Shown one piece after another: positions 9,001-16,156 of a stretch of DNA of 61,095 nt (position 1 is its first letter; each line of letters starts with the position of its first letter). Made by a program: the position numbers and the translations under genes. This DNA comes from a virus (Duplodnaviria > Caudoviricetes). The DNA is taken from IMG/VR virus record IMGVR_UViG_3300048881_000441, positions 1 through 61,095 of that record, one strand, 5' to 3'. Below the pieces are notes generated by a model. The model saw only the letters and a list, made by a program, of their open reading frames with translations, had not been told where the DNA came from and made no database searches.

Positions 9001-11291
9001 GCGGGTGTAAGATGAAAAGCTGAAGAGCTTATTTCTATATTACCACCTGAACCAGATATAAATTGTGCATTGGTGGATCCGACAAAAAATGCGTCTGCAA
9101 TAACTTCAAATCTTGATGGATTAGTGCCAAATCTAAAACTACCAGACTCGCCAACCAATTCCAAACCAACACCAGAATAGTCATCACCAGAGTCTGGTAA
9201 TACTGACCCACTATATATCATAAAGCCAGTATTTGAATTATCTTGACTAGCAGATGTGAATCCTTGATATTTTACTGATCTTATAAACCCAGATGCTATT
9301 GCACCAGACCCCCCTGTTTCCGGAATTGTTGAATTTACGCCGCCAAATTGTATTCCGGCGCCAATTGAATCACCGCCAACGTATACAGAACCACCAATTA
9401 AATTATCGTTACCTAAAATATTCATATTTTCACCATCAAACTTTACGCCATCAGGATTGTCAGGTAGGGAAGTAATAACTGTTTGTGATTTATTATTGTT
9501 TATATCATAAAATTCAAAAGCAAAATCCAAATAATCTGGTCTTGTTTGCAATGGGGGTACAGGTGCAATTAATCTAATGTATTCTGGAGAAAAATTTGTA
9601 TCAGAATTTGGTTTTACAGATATTTCAGATACTGACCAGTATCCACCTGTAAATCTTAATTGTAAAACTGCTGTTCCATCGGAGTCTGGTGTAAATACAG
9701 TTTCGTATTGAGGACTTGCTGCTCCCATAACATTACCAGCAGAATTATTATGGGTAATCATACCGATAGCTCTTCCGTAACCTTGTCCAGCAAAAATATT
9801 ATTTTGTGACATACCAAATGCAGATCCGGACATATGTGCTACTGCTTTAATTGTATTTTGTTGGCCCTCAGTATTGTCAGCAACTAATTTTATTCTTAGC
9901 TTATACTCTGTATCTGCTATAAAGTCTAACTTAAATGCATCTTTTAATTGTAACTTAATCCATTCTTCATCATCATCTGAAATTAGGTCAACATTTGATC
10001 CTGACATAAAAATTGAATCTGTTAAATACTCATTTGAAGAGTACGTTTGAACAGTAGTGGCAGATTCTACGCCAAACTTACCACCTGTTGCTGTCCAATA
10101 CGTTGTTGCTACTGTATCAGAATTAAAGAACCCTATACGAGATGTTCCTGTTATTGATAGCGGATCAAGTAACAGCTCTGGCGATTCTACGGGTGTATCT
10201 ATTATTTTTGACCAGTTACCAAATGGGCCATTATTCTTTACATAGCCAGCTATTCTGTGTACATCTCCAGAAAAATTTCTTAATTTAGATAATCTAATAT
10301 CTGCAAATGACTTAAAATTTATGCTGCTAGTATCATACTCATGAAATTTTGGCCAATTAACTTTATAGCTACTTGGTCCTAATTCTGCTATACGATAAAA
10401 ACCACTTCCTGAATCATAAACACCATAAGGCTTCTGTACTTCTATTGTTTTTTTGTTAACAACATTTGAAATTCTAGATGTATATTTGGGTATAACAGTG
10501 CTACTTCCTGTAGAGAATGATAAATTTACATTCGGTGCGTCAATTGTAATAGCACCCCCAACAATAGATGAAGAAAAATCAGCATCAGCTATTGTAATAG
10601 TATATCGCGGATCTGTTGAGTCATACTCTTCATAATTTCCCATTGGATTAAAACCGTAAACCTGATCTGCATAGGTTTGTACCTCTTGATAGTTATCACC
10701 ATCGATAGAAAAATTAGATCCTTCTGTATTCTGCACAGGTGTGCCAATAATAGTTCCAACAGTTTGTTCATTTGAGCCTGTTGTTGATGCTGCCAGGGAT
10801 ACCTGACCTTTGATAATTTCAAAAACTTGTAATCTTGGTCGCTTAAAAAATCTTATCGGTCTATCATTCGGTATACTCTTATTAATTGTAATAGTTCTAG
10901 TATACTTTACATTATAAGTTCCTCTCCATTGATCAGGTATATTTTCATCAACTTTATCTGGATCTAATTCTCCTAATATTGTAAGTGTTGCAGCACCAGC
11001 AGCTGTATCTTTGTATACTTCTATACCAACCCTTACTCCGCCACTCTCTGAATAATTGTAAACTGGTTCTATATATACTGGGTATCCTAAGCTATCTACT
11101 AACTCAATTTTTAGTATAACACCATCAAGTAATGCAGGAGATCCCATTATTAACATTGAAGACTTTCCCATTGGCAGCTCAAGTGGTAGATCTGTTATAT
11201 TAAAATACTTAGATAATAGTCCTTCTTCAGTTATAAATGATTGAATTTCATCTAAATCTTGTAAGAACGCTATTTTTTGTAGTTTGGCCAT
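1..11291 (-). CDS. Giant tail/tail-fibre structural protein, >3760 aa, runs off the left edge
   Basis: ATG at 11291 (MAKLQKIAFLQDLDEIQSF...) with GGAG and ATATTTAT upstream; the same frame still reads ...AAPSASLFFVSASADPIFY at positions 3-60. The ORF track reports no ORF in this frame, as expected if there is no stop inside the window. G/S/T/A-rich with IAGW/IANF beta-repeats and in-frame tandem repeats. Confidence 0.85.
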   Translation of the reverse strand, partial: MAKLQKIAFLQDLDEIQSFITEEGLLSKYFNITDLPLELPMGKSSMLIMGSPALLDGVILKIELVDSLGYPVYIEPVYNYSESGGVRVGIEVYKDTAAGAATLTILGELDPDKVDENIPDQWRGTYNVKYTRTITINKSIPNDRPIRFFKRPRLQVFEIIKGQVSLAASTTGSNEQTVGTIIGTPVQNTEGSNFSIDGDNYQEVQTYADQVYGFNPMGNYEEYDSTDPRYTITIADADFSSSIVGGAITIDAPNVNLSFSTGSSTVIPKYTSRISNVVNKKTIEVQKPYGVYDSGSGFYRIAELGPSSYKVNWPKFHEYDTSSINFKSFADIRLSKLRNFSGDVHRIAGYVKNNGPFGNWSKIIDTPVESPELLLDPLSITGTSRIGFFNSDTVATTYWTATGGKFGVESATTVQTYSSNEYLTDSIFMSGSNVDLISDDDEEWIKLQLKDAFKLDFIADTEYKLRIKLVADNTEGQQNTIKAVAHMSGSAFGMSQNNIFAGQGYGRAIGMITHNNSAGNVMGAASPQYETVFTPDSDGTAVLQLRFTGGYWSVSEISVKPNSDTNFSPEYIRLIAPVPPLQTRPDYLDFAFEFYDINNNKSQTVITSLPDNPDGVKFDGENMNILGNDNLIGGSVYVGGDSIGAGIQFGGVNSTIPETGGSGAIASGFIRSVKYQGFTSASQDNSNTGFMIYSGSVLPDSGDDYSGVGLELVGESGSFRFGTNPSRFEVIADAFFVGSTNAQFISGSGGNIEISSSAFHLTPAGDVIMSGSVTATEGYIGDWQIIEGKLSGSNATLDADGAALYKSDAGPDSNPLDGYYIDFTPGSYYVRFGTDFAISSSGQLFASGAKIEGVLTSSEGYIGNWTIAPNTLHYFTDPTYTGLSSAGDTRFFAGATSLAASGSAPFNVKASGDITGSNVLFTGGKIAAFNISDDALYTDSFFISASATNNDLFISASNFNVSAKGDVSASDIYVSGGTTVGGDIIGGGIAGWSISATSIVDDNNIVKLEPAGAYIISSSYFQVSSAGEMTASAGKIAGFEINGTQLKQGTSFFLDGASDGSFFISSSDFQVTPTGQITASEANITGDITANTITATTAGNIANFTVASTGLTSTGVGMHPAGQAHAFTAGTGGTPAFSVTHAGQITASAANITGDIVANTITANTTGTIANFDIDSIEIASSNNKLRLKSSGQITASAAKISGSGVEIAAPSFILDTDNFDINSTIGTVALGTTPTLTGGTGVFMSSSGEFRLGDPSSFLSFVNDAFTLAGSDIEIDVTDLNISSSGFTLSSPEASMSLGNSRELLLHATGGTNNVPIIKLDGGEISASNFFVSTAGEITASAGTIGGWSMTSASIESSNKDIQIFADRLAKSDGTGGPGFVIRDQYQNDVVSIISGSLYEIGAATDEAKNDSFEDDPLNSFSSDGYHVGTSASPLDIVSWSFSAIGPVSHSITKRTGANFTQFNKALVGDSTFDVVRPGYLAPIAALSSSDASISASYAAAKIADIDENQYTLIQEVSASSQASNTWVGGNVISFAFVGKMSHSLAGAGYDRGLESQKYKVDYWSTGDSEWKQFIPASTGSDGFGAYDLATRYTSIKSSNQLPESTHKLRIVLSGSINSDIEFKTSEDLYEELKLDPIYKYMKGAGLLPEPVTGSAANVKPESAKYPYTELSFDNFRLVQDQPKIQISQTGFLLYQSENSYLKMTPAGMDMRSSNEGGMAFGKSVTGRSAMGGAGVFGRFAAPKLQAYDADPNTVEAYAFAGNTDEYARGNHAHILPFDTLDDVIGTGTLTGFTSTGIDDNADQTVITIGDDEHVTFAGNIILSGTVDGVDIFTRDAVLTSTTTTADSALQPAHTMYVGTTSIAFNRANAALTLAGITLTTPSIAAAGWENANHTHAGSTTGGQIAASAVSDFDTEVANNTAVAANTLKVSDVNHNVTTNLSVSRNGAKIDVVSSDGTNAVLPLADTDNWGVMSDEMFDEHEVNNAKVSDVNHNVTTNLSVSRDSTKIDVVSSDGTNAVLPLADTDNWGVMSDEMFDEHEVNNAKVSDVNHNVTTNLSVNRNGTKLDVISSDGTNAVLPLADTDNWGVMSDEMFDYLYAIEPSADVTDEDNVRSAGALMDDEVDADIKTLSLPASTTISTFGASLIDDVANSNARTTLGLGTAAITAATAYATSTQGSTADSALQPAHTMYIGTTSIAFNRANAALTLAGITLTTPNLGTPSTLVGTNISGTAANLTVGATTGVEAGADVTDATNVEDAGALMDSELTSIADVKALNQSVVSGATPTFTTTNFTDASNKRLMTDAQETLLDSVESGATADQTAAEILTAIKTVDGAGSGLDADLLDGQTGTYYTDFSNITVDNDEIPIAKLASDNVNFGGITVALGASDLTPAFALADATGLPISTGVSGLASGVATFLATPTSANLISAVTNETGTGALVFANSPTLVTPVLGTPGSGDFSTGTFTWPTFNQSTTGNASTVTTNANLTGDITSVGNATTIAAGVIIDADVKSDAAIAYSKLGSIPTWNQSTTGNAATVTTNANLTGDVTSVGNATTIAAGVIIDADVKSDAAIAYSKLGTVPTWNQNTTGTAANATLAAAVTVTDDSSTNTDFAIPYHNGSNALLDDTGVFTYNPSTQKLIVPNIDISGTQTFVNTATLVVTSSVTFEGESSDDFETNLGVTNPTADRTITLPNADGNVVLDTLSQTLTNKTLTTPTIASFANATHTHANAAGGGQITLGTGTTGNYVATAVAGNGIDVSGATGNVTISIGSTEVTNAMLAGSIANSKLSNSTVSYGGIQLSLGGSDATPAFALADATGLPIVAGTTGTLSVARGGTGVTTSTGTGNVVLSASPTLTGTLTADAGTFSGNIASTGTIGGVYSAEKSFTFTFLGGAETDDHQKANIELPVSGAFWGTCEISIASSYWHANAPGVVTKTFGVGLYNGAFYTNESRYSEVLGTAADHFAIGEWSFDSANFKYYVPLVHRSTTQNVCTVRVRWLGAGTVDRANMEAMTISSVYTTDTTVYAKPEVEYKRLVTFSGDINANGNIAGDGSTAISSMASLGIGSVTATGTVQAEQITSTDDITASGTVQAEHLYSTDDAQIDDDLTVSGDINANGDIVGDGSTAMSSMASLGIGTVTATGLVTSVGLTTTGAITATDQTIGSGAITSTGLLTGVGLTTTGAITATGQTIGSGAITSTGAIIGTSYTGGAISGTTGNFTGDATFSEDIILDGTGDTIYNSFISGIMGTGWRIDYDTTNGGSHLEIDNITVRNTLQTHIFQKGTVKATNGYLYISDSGVISGSVSASNYVYIIDEKSATFIADDRLWFKSADITGSGTINSVKFDIAAVTADTPQSGVTRYTVDNIEGDIDNLTVGGTVVKISGGSILLDASSANGPYMDIVNGLSVSGSATNVAVRTGNLAGITTANAAFGSSGTLSGFGMWASGSVYLEGGINATEGLIAGWSINDETLTGGNLTLDKSGKIITTDGSNERVWLGLIDANPHYGLKIFDGVGTGSENRLVELGSGDNMIAGWNLVPGNIQSNNTGGSVRLSSVSQSLTIWTGSMNEAEPKLVLGKLPLNDGTVDSPYGFAVFSGSGTVSGSEANASVLITANKARLAGWDLSPGSIKSDNTFGSVRLSSTTQALTIWTGSINEAEPKLVLGKLPLNDGTVDSPYGFAVFSGSGTVSGSEANASILITANKARLAGWDLSPGKLESGTVAVIDGNQGKIALGTNATLATSAAPSASLFFVSASADPIFY
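145..690 (-). repeat. In-frame 261-nt (87 aa) tandem repeat, ~2.1 copies
   Basis: ctcaaatcc(c)a.ccagcaagt at 151 and 412, degenerate copy at 673; unit contains LAGWDLSPG...LVLGKLPLNDGTVDSPYGFAVFSGSG. Confidence 0.9.
1685..2165 (-). repeat. Short in-frame repeat pairs (87-nt and 213-nt offsets)
   Basis: gtaattgcaccagagccgat at 1693 and 1780; ccggttgctgttactg...gaagccat at 1858 and 2071. Confidence 0.8.
3530..3880 (-). repeat. In-frame 171-nt (57 aa) tandem repeat x2
   Basis: Unit WNQSTTGNAATVTTNANLTGDVTSVGNATTIAAGVIIDADVKSDAAIAYSKLG; anchors at 3531 and 3702. Confidence 0.9.
4641..5755 (-). repeat. Dispersed near-identical ~112-nt duplication (4641-4753 and 5643-5755)
   Basis: tggtgttgttaaagtaattccagcaagtgttaatgcagcatttgctctattaaatgcaattgaagttgt... 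occurs twice, 1002 nt apart and in frame, about 3 mismatches. Confidence 0.9.
5005..5510 (-). repeat. In-frame 174-nt (58 aa) tandem repeat x3
   Basis: acattac.ccccaattatccgtatcagcta at 5021, 5195, 5369; unit KVSDVNHNVTTNLSVSRDSTKIDVVSSDGTNAVLPLADTDNWGVMSDEMFDEHEVNN. Confidence 0.92.
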
Positions 11292-11308
11292 AGAATAACT
11301 CCGTGTAG

Positions 11309-11316
11309 ATAAATAT
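11309..11316 (-). promoter_or_regulatory. Putative late promoter motif ATATTTAT (giant tail gene)
   Basis: Same 8-mer found 16-47 nt upstream of seven starts in short intergenic gaps. Confidence 0.6.
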
Positions 11317-11377
11317 TTCACAGTGTAGATTGCAATCCAAATATTTAACTAAGTTATATAAAAAGTATATAATGCTT

Positions 11378-11385
11378 ATATTTAT
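11378..11385 (+). promoter_or_regulatory. Putative late promoter motif ATATTTAT (RHH gene)
   Basis: Motif on the plus strand ~16 nt before ATG 11401, followed by AAAAGGTG. Confidence 0.5.
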
Positions 11386-11400
11386 TTAAAAAGGTGCTAT

Positions 11401-11580
11401 ATGAAAAGAGCTAGAATGTGTGTCTATTTGGATGTTGAATTATCTAAATGGATAAAAGATAATGCCATCGTCAACTATAGAAGTTTTTCTTCATTCCTTA
11501 ACAAGCTAATGCTTGATTATAAGAGTGGAATGGAATTAAATAGTAATGTTAAAATACTTAAAAGCGAGACTAGAAAATAA
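11401..11580 (+). CDS. Ribbon-helix-helix (Arc/CopG/MetJ-like) DNA-binding protein, 59 aa
   Basis: MKRARMCVYLDVELSKWIKDNAIVNYRSFSSFLNKLMLDYKSGMELNSNVKILKSETRK*: alternating beta strand, helix, RSxS turn, helix. RBS AAGGTG. Below the ORF-track cutoff. Confidence 0.7.
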   Translation: MKRARMCVYLDVELSKWIKDNAIVNYRSFSSFLNKLMLDYKSGMELNSNVKILKSETRK

Positions 11581-14500
11581 TCTTACTATGATTGTTTTCT
11601 TGTTTTATCTCAAGTAGAATATCTGTGAAATCACGCATTGTGTCAATATGTGATATTATAAGAGAGAATTGGTAGATATTCTTTAAATATTGGAATAGTT
11701 GATACAAAGAATTAAGATTATCTGAATCCATTGTTCCCCATCCCTCATCGATAGCTATAAAATTAGGTCTTGGAAGATTTGATATATTGGTTAAAGCAAT
11801 TCTAATGGCTAATCCTGAAATAAATTTTTCCATACCTGATGCCATTTCTAATGCCCACGATTTATCATTATCGTAAGCAATATAATTGTTTATATTTTTT
11901 CCGTCCATATCAAAGATAATTTGGAAATCTACAATTTGTGATAGTATATTGTTAACCTCTAATTCAACCTTAGTTAAAACCTTAGATATTAAATCATAAC
12001 TTACACCATTTTTATCTACAGCCATTAAATAGTATTTGTATGCTTCATATTTCTCTTCAAGATCCTTGACTCTATTAATAACCTGTACTATCTCTTGCTT
12101 TTTCGTTTCTAAAGCTGATTTTTTGCCAACATATTGATGAATATCATTTACTACTGCTTTTAATTCAGTCTCGACAATTGATTCAGATGATTTTTGATCA
12201 TTTATCTTTAATTGTACTCTATCATTATGCTTAATATCTTTTTGGTAACCTTTGCTTCTTTTAATCTCATTTTTTATAGAGGTAATGTATGACTCAGTAC
12301 TTTTAATAGCATCATTAATATCTTTTGTTCTAATCTCATACTGCTCAAAATACTTCTTATTATTTTCTAATTCTTTTGTTAAATCTAAAAATTCGCTATA
12401 AGACTTCGGTACGTCCTCATTAATTTGTATTTTATTCTCTAGTGTTTTTAATTTTGCAACTGTTGATGTTGCTCTTGTCTTATCCTGTTCTAGATCTGCT
12501 TTTGTTTTTATTGCATCTTTAACAAATACATTATTCATACAATACGAACATCCTGGATCATAATCCAAATTTCCCAGCTTATCTATTTTATCTAATTTAT
12601 TTCTTACTTCAATCTTTAGATTATCTATTGCCCTTTTTGCCTCATCCCTTTGAGATACAATTAACTCATATTCAACTGTTCTATTTTCAATATCCTTGTA
12701 TTTTTCTGATTTAATTCTATTAGCGAGGATTTCATCATTTCTTCTTGTTTCACTTAGTTCATCTTTTGTATTATTAAGTCTTTTTAATAATTCTACTTTT
12801 TTTCCTTCCTCTAGCTGCTGATTATCTTCTAACTCTTTTAGATCCTTAATTGTAGCATCAATGGGTTTCATTGTTCCCATTAAATCTAAAGTTTTATTCT
12901 TATATTTGTCTCGATCAATTTCTTTTTTGCTTTGAGAATCTTCAAGCTTTGTTATGACTTCTTTTACTAGATCTAGTTCAGTTTCAATATCACTTATTTG
13001 CTGATCATAATCTATATCTAAAAAATTCTTTAGCATTGACTGTAATCCACTAGATTCTTCTCTTGCTAGTTTGTATAATTGGTCAAAAATAGATAAGCCT
13101 AAAAATTTTCCTAATATCTCTTTCTTTTCAGTTTGATTTTGTTCTAGAAATATAGAAGAATTCCCTTGTGCTGAAAAACTGGTCATTATAAAGTCATCAT
13201 ATGTGCCGATCAATTTCCTAATATTTTTATTAGTTGAATTTCTTTGATCACCATTTAATGATACTTTCTTTCCATCTTCTAATCTGTAAAAATCAACATC
13301 TACACGAGTAGAACCATGCCTTAAAATTTTTCCGACACGCTTAATAACATATGAATCATTACCAACATCAAATTCTAACTCACAGCTAAAGTTTGATTTA
13401 GAATGGTTCATCACATTTTCTGCTTTATAAGCTCTTGTTGACTTATCAAATAAGCAATATGTTAATGAATCTAAAACACTTGACTTACCGCTTGCATTGG
13501 GACTAAATAAACCAGCAATTCCATTACATCTTTCAAAATTAATTACATTATTCTCACCGTAAGAAAACATATTACTGAATGTGAACTTCTTTGGTTTCCA
13601 GCTAATATTTCTAGAAATTTCTTCACCCACTATAGAACTACTAAGCTCTTTATTAATTTTCTTTACCTTTTCAATAATTTCTTCGCTAGCTGTTGTATTA
13701 TTTATTAAATATTGTTCTATTAATCCATTCTGGACATCAGGATCAAATACATCGCCGAAATCAACTATAGATGAGTTGCCTGTATCAACCCTATACTCAT
13801 CTTCTCGTACTATTGATACCTCTTTGATATTATGCCTATGCTTGATTATTGTTAATGCTTTTTTCAAATCAGAACTAGATGTATTCTTTACTTTAATTCT
13901 CAATCTAGCTTTACTTGGCAAATCATCAACTTTTGGAACAAGTCCGTCCTCTATGTGAAGTGTATAGTAACCGTACTCATTTTCAATTTCTTTATGTGTA
14001 AATTTTCTTTTCTTAATATCCCAAACAGATACACCATGCCCTTTTAAAGTCTCCCCGTGGTTTTGCTGTACTAGCGATCCACAATATCTTACAACTGGTT
14101 TTTTTATTTTCCCTGGTTTATATTCTTGCATTGTTTGCATCTTATGAATATCACCCAACATAACCATATCATAGCCATCAAAATCTTTTAGTTTAACAGC
14201 ACTGGGAAGATAGAATCCTAAATCAGTTTGCGATTTGTCTACTGTTCCATGATATAACAATATTTTTGTATTTGCATTTATTGTAGCAGGATCTGGTAAA
14301 TTTGATTCGTCATCTCTAACTTCTAAAACAGCAAAACCAACATCTCCTATATAGTATACTCCTGATTCATTTAAATAATGTAAGTTTTCATTTTTAATAT
14401 TCTCTACTATTGGCTGAAGAACATCTAATCGTGATGGGTTGTTCAAATTACAATCATGATTTCCTGCAATCAATAATGTGGGACATAATTCAGATAATCG

Positions 14501-14728
14501 TTTAAATAATCTAGAAAGTTGATCAACTAATTCGGGTGACATATCAGTTTTGCTATGTGCTATATCACCACCAATGTAAACTATGGCATTTTCTGTATCT
14601 TTTTTTATAAATTCATATAAATTTTCAAATACCTTTTCAAACTCTTTATGACGTTGTAAATTTCTAATTTGTATATCTGAAATATGGTATATCTTTTTTA
14701 GAGTTCTAAATTTAGTTTTTATTTTCAT
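11570..14728 (-). CDS. Fused Mre11/SbcD nuclease - Rad50/SbcC ATPase (T4 gp47+gp46-like)
   Basis: Phosphoesterase motifs HISDIQ, GGDIAH, GNHD, YHG, GDIH; Walker A PNASGKSS, Q-loop SAQG, zinc hook CSYC in a coiled coil, signature ASGMEK, Walker B IAIDEG, ISH. Confidence 0.93.
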   Translation of the reverse strand: MKIKTKFRTLKKIYHISDIQIRNLQRHKEFEKVFENLYEFIKKDTENAIVYIGGDIAHSKTDMSPELVDQLSRLFKRLSELCPTLLIAGNHDCNLNNPSRLDVLQPIVENIKNENLHYLNESGVYYIGDVGFAVLEVRDDESNLPDPATINANTKILLYHGTVDKSQTDLGFYLPSAVKLKDFDGYDMVMLGDIHKMQTMQEYKPGKIKKPVVRYCGSLVQQNHGETLKGHGVSVWDIKKRKFTHKEIENEYGYYTLHIEDGLVPKVDDLPSKARLRIKVKNTSSSDLKKALTIIKHRHNIKEVSIVREDEYRVDTGNSSIVDFGDVFDPDVQNGLIEQYLINNTTASEEIIEKVKKINKELSSSIVGEEISRNISWKPKKFTFSNMFSYGENNVINFERCNGIAGLFSPNASGKSSVLDSLTYCLFDKSTRAYKAENVMNHSKSNFSCELEFDVGNDSYVIKRVGKILRHGSTRVDVDFYRLEDGKKVSLNGDQRNSTNKNIRKLIGTYDDFIMTSFSAQGNSSIFLEQNQTEKKEILGKFLGLSIFDQLYKLAREESSGLQSMLKNFLDIDYDQQISDIETELDLVKEVITKLEDSQSKKEIDRDKYKNKTLDLMGTMKPIDATIKDLKELEDNQQLEEGKKVELLKRLNNTKDELSETRRNDEILANRIKSEKYKDIENRTVEYELIVSQRDEAKRAIDNLKIEVRNKLDKIDKLGNLDYDPGCSYCMNNVFVKDAIKTKADLEQDKTRATSTVAKLKTLENKIQINEDVPKSYSEFLDLTKELENNKKYFEQYEIRTKDINDAIKSTESYITSIKNEIKRSKGYQKDIKHNDRVQLKINDQKSSESIVETELKAVVNDIHQYVGKKSALETKKQEIVQVINRVKDLEEKYEAYKYYLMAVDKNGVSYDLISKVLTKVELEVNNILSQIVDFQIIFDMDGKNINNYIAYDNDKSWALEMASGMEKFISGLAIRIALTNISNLPRPNFIAIDEGWGTMDSDNLNSLYQLFQYLKNIYQFSLIISHIDTMRDFTDILLEIKQENNHSKIIF

Positions 14729-15642
14729 ATAATACTCTGTATTATTAGATCATAATCTGTTATTGCAGATTTTTTAGCTAATGCATGCTGCATATTTTTA
14801 AAACCAACATCAGAAGGATCACCTTCTTTTAATTTAACACAAGAAACATTTAAGTTCCACTTTAATAATTTTTTAGATATTTTTGTCATCATTTCACTAG
14901 CATCAGCATCTAATGATAAAATAACTTCAGGAACTTTGTTAGATACTAATTTTGCTAGTAAAGAATCCTGTATTGTTTTCCCTAAAAGAGGTATTGCATT
15001 TCGTTTTATTGTAATTGCATCAAAAACACCTTCACATAATATGACAGGCATATTCCAGTTAATATAAAGTTCAAATATAACTGTATCTTTGGGCGCGGGT
15101 GGATTTTTATATTTTAGTTTTGAATTATAGAAAGACCTTGCAATAAAATAATTTAAATTTCCATAGCTATCATATGAGGGTATAATAATTCTTCCTCCGT
15201 ACTCACCATCAATACAATATCCTATATTATATTTTATCATATCAGCATTTGTAATTTTTCTGTTATGTAGGTAATGTAATGCTTGACGACGAGAGATGCT
15301 ATTAGTCTTTACTGAAGTGGCTATGAATTCTTTAGGCAGCTGTACTATTTTGTGTAATTCTTTTTGATTAGCTGAATATCTACTAGTATTCTTAAAGATC
15401 TGACTTAGTTCTGAGAAAACTGCTTTTGATGCTTTTAGTTTTTTAGCAAGAGAAAATACAGATTTCCCTTTAGCATCACATACCCAACAATGCCACTGTT
15501 GAGTTACTACATTTACTTGTAACTTTTTCTTATGATGATCACAAAATGGACAATAATAAACTATTTCATCACGTCCGCCATCAGAGCCTTGACTATTAAA
15601 TGCTGTGTTTAGTATACTAAGTAATCTTTGTTTTATTTCCAT
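14725..15642 (-). CDS. DNA primase (zinc-binding + TOPRIM)
   Basis: CPFC...WHCWVC zinc domain; GRIIIP, ARS; TOPRIM CEGVFDA, LDAD, DPSD. Confidence 0.9.
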   Translation of the reverse strand: MEIKQRLLSILNTAFNSQGSDGGRDEIVYYCPFCDHHKKKLQVNVVTQQWHCWVCDAKGKSVFSLAKKLKASKAVFSELSQIFKNTSRYSANQKELHKIVQLPKEFIATSVKTNSISRRQALHYLHNRKITNADMIKYNIGYCIDGEYGGRIIIPSYDSYGNLNYFIARSFYNSKLKYKNPPAPKDTVIFELYINWNMPVILCEGVFDAITIKRNAIPLLGKTIQDSLLAKLVSNKVPEVILSLDADASEMMTKISKKLLKWNLNVSCVKLKEGDPSDVGFKNMQHALAKKSAITDYDLIIQSII

Positions 15643-15973
15643 CTAGTAAGTCTAAAAAATCTGTGATTTCTACAGTAGCATAGATTTTTGATTTGTTTCT
15701 TTTGAATATTAGCAAAGGTGTCAATCCTTCACAATTATTTTCAGCCTGTTCTAAGCTTTTCCATATATTAAGTGCTTCTTGATTTTTACATTCAATTGCA
15801 AATGGAAATACCTTTCTAGCTGAGGGGGATAGTTGAACATCCATTCCATGTTCACCCATTGTAGTTGATTTAAAATCTCCTTCTTCTAAAACTGAAGAAT
15901 ATTTTTCTTGTAAAAGTTTTGTAACTTTATTTTGTAACCGTTTACCTTTAGCTTTAGCGCTTCTTGGTCTCAT
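15617..15973 (-). CDS. PD-(D/E)XK nuclease, Holliday-junction resolvase-like
   Basis: KAKGKRLQ...GEHGMDV...AIECKNQE...PLLIFKRN pattern. Confidence 0.75.
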   Translation of the reverse strand: MRPRSAKAKGKRLQNKVTKLLQEKYSSVLEEGDFKSTTMGEHGMDVQLSPSARKVFPFAIECKNQEALNIWKSLEQAENNCEGLTPLLIFKRNKSKIYATVEITDFLDLLDGNKTKIT

Positions 15974-16000
15974 TTAGTTTTAAACCTTAAGTTTAAGTTG

Positions 16001-16135
16001 TTATAAGAAGTTTTTATTTTTCTTCTTATTAGCTTTAGCTATATTAGTAGTTTTAAACATAATATGCTTGTTCAGAAGGAACACTAATGCCACTATTACC
16101 AGTGTCCATCTTACAATAGCTAAAACCTCGTACAT
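16001..16135 (-). CDS. Small single-TM protein, 44 aa
   Basis: MYEVLAIVRWTLVIVALVFLLNKHIMFKTTNIAKANKKKNKNFL* fills the gap between two genes; no clear RBS. Confidence 0.45.
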   Translation of the reverse strand: MYEVLAIVRWTLVIVALVFLLNKHIMFKTTNIAKANKKKNKNFL

Positions 16136-16156
16136 GTACAGATATATATATACTGT

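Noticed and set aside
325-10635. Many plus-strand ORFs of 60-167 aa
   Set aside because: Antisense shadows of the giant minus-strand ORF; no RBS or coherent products. The same applies to plus-strand ORFs opposite other genes across the window.
10589-10822. 77-aa minus-strand ORF
   Set aside because: Alternative frame nested within the giant tail ORF.
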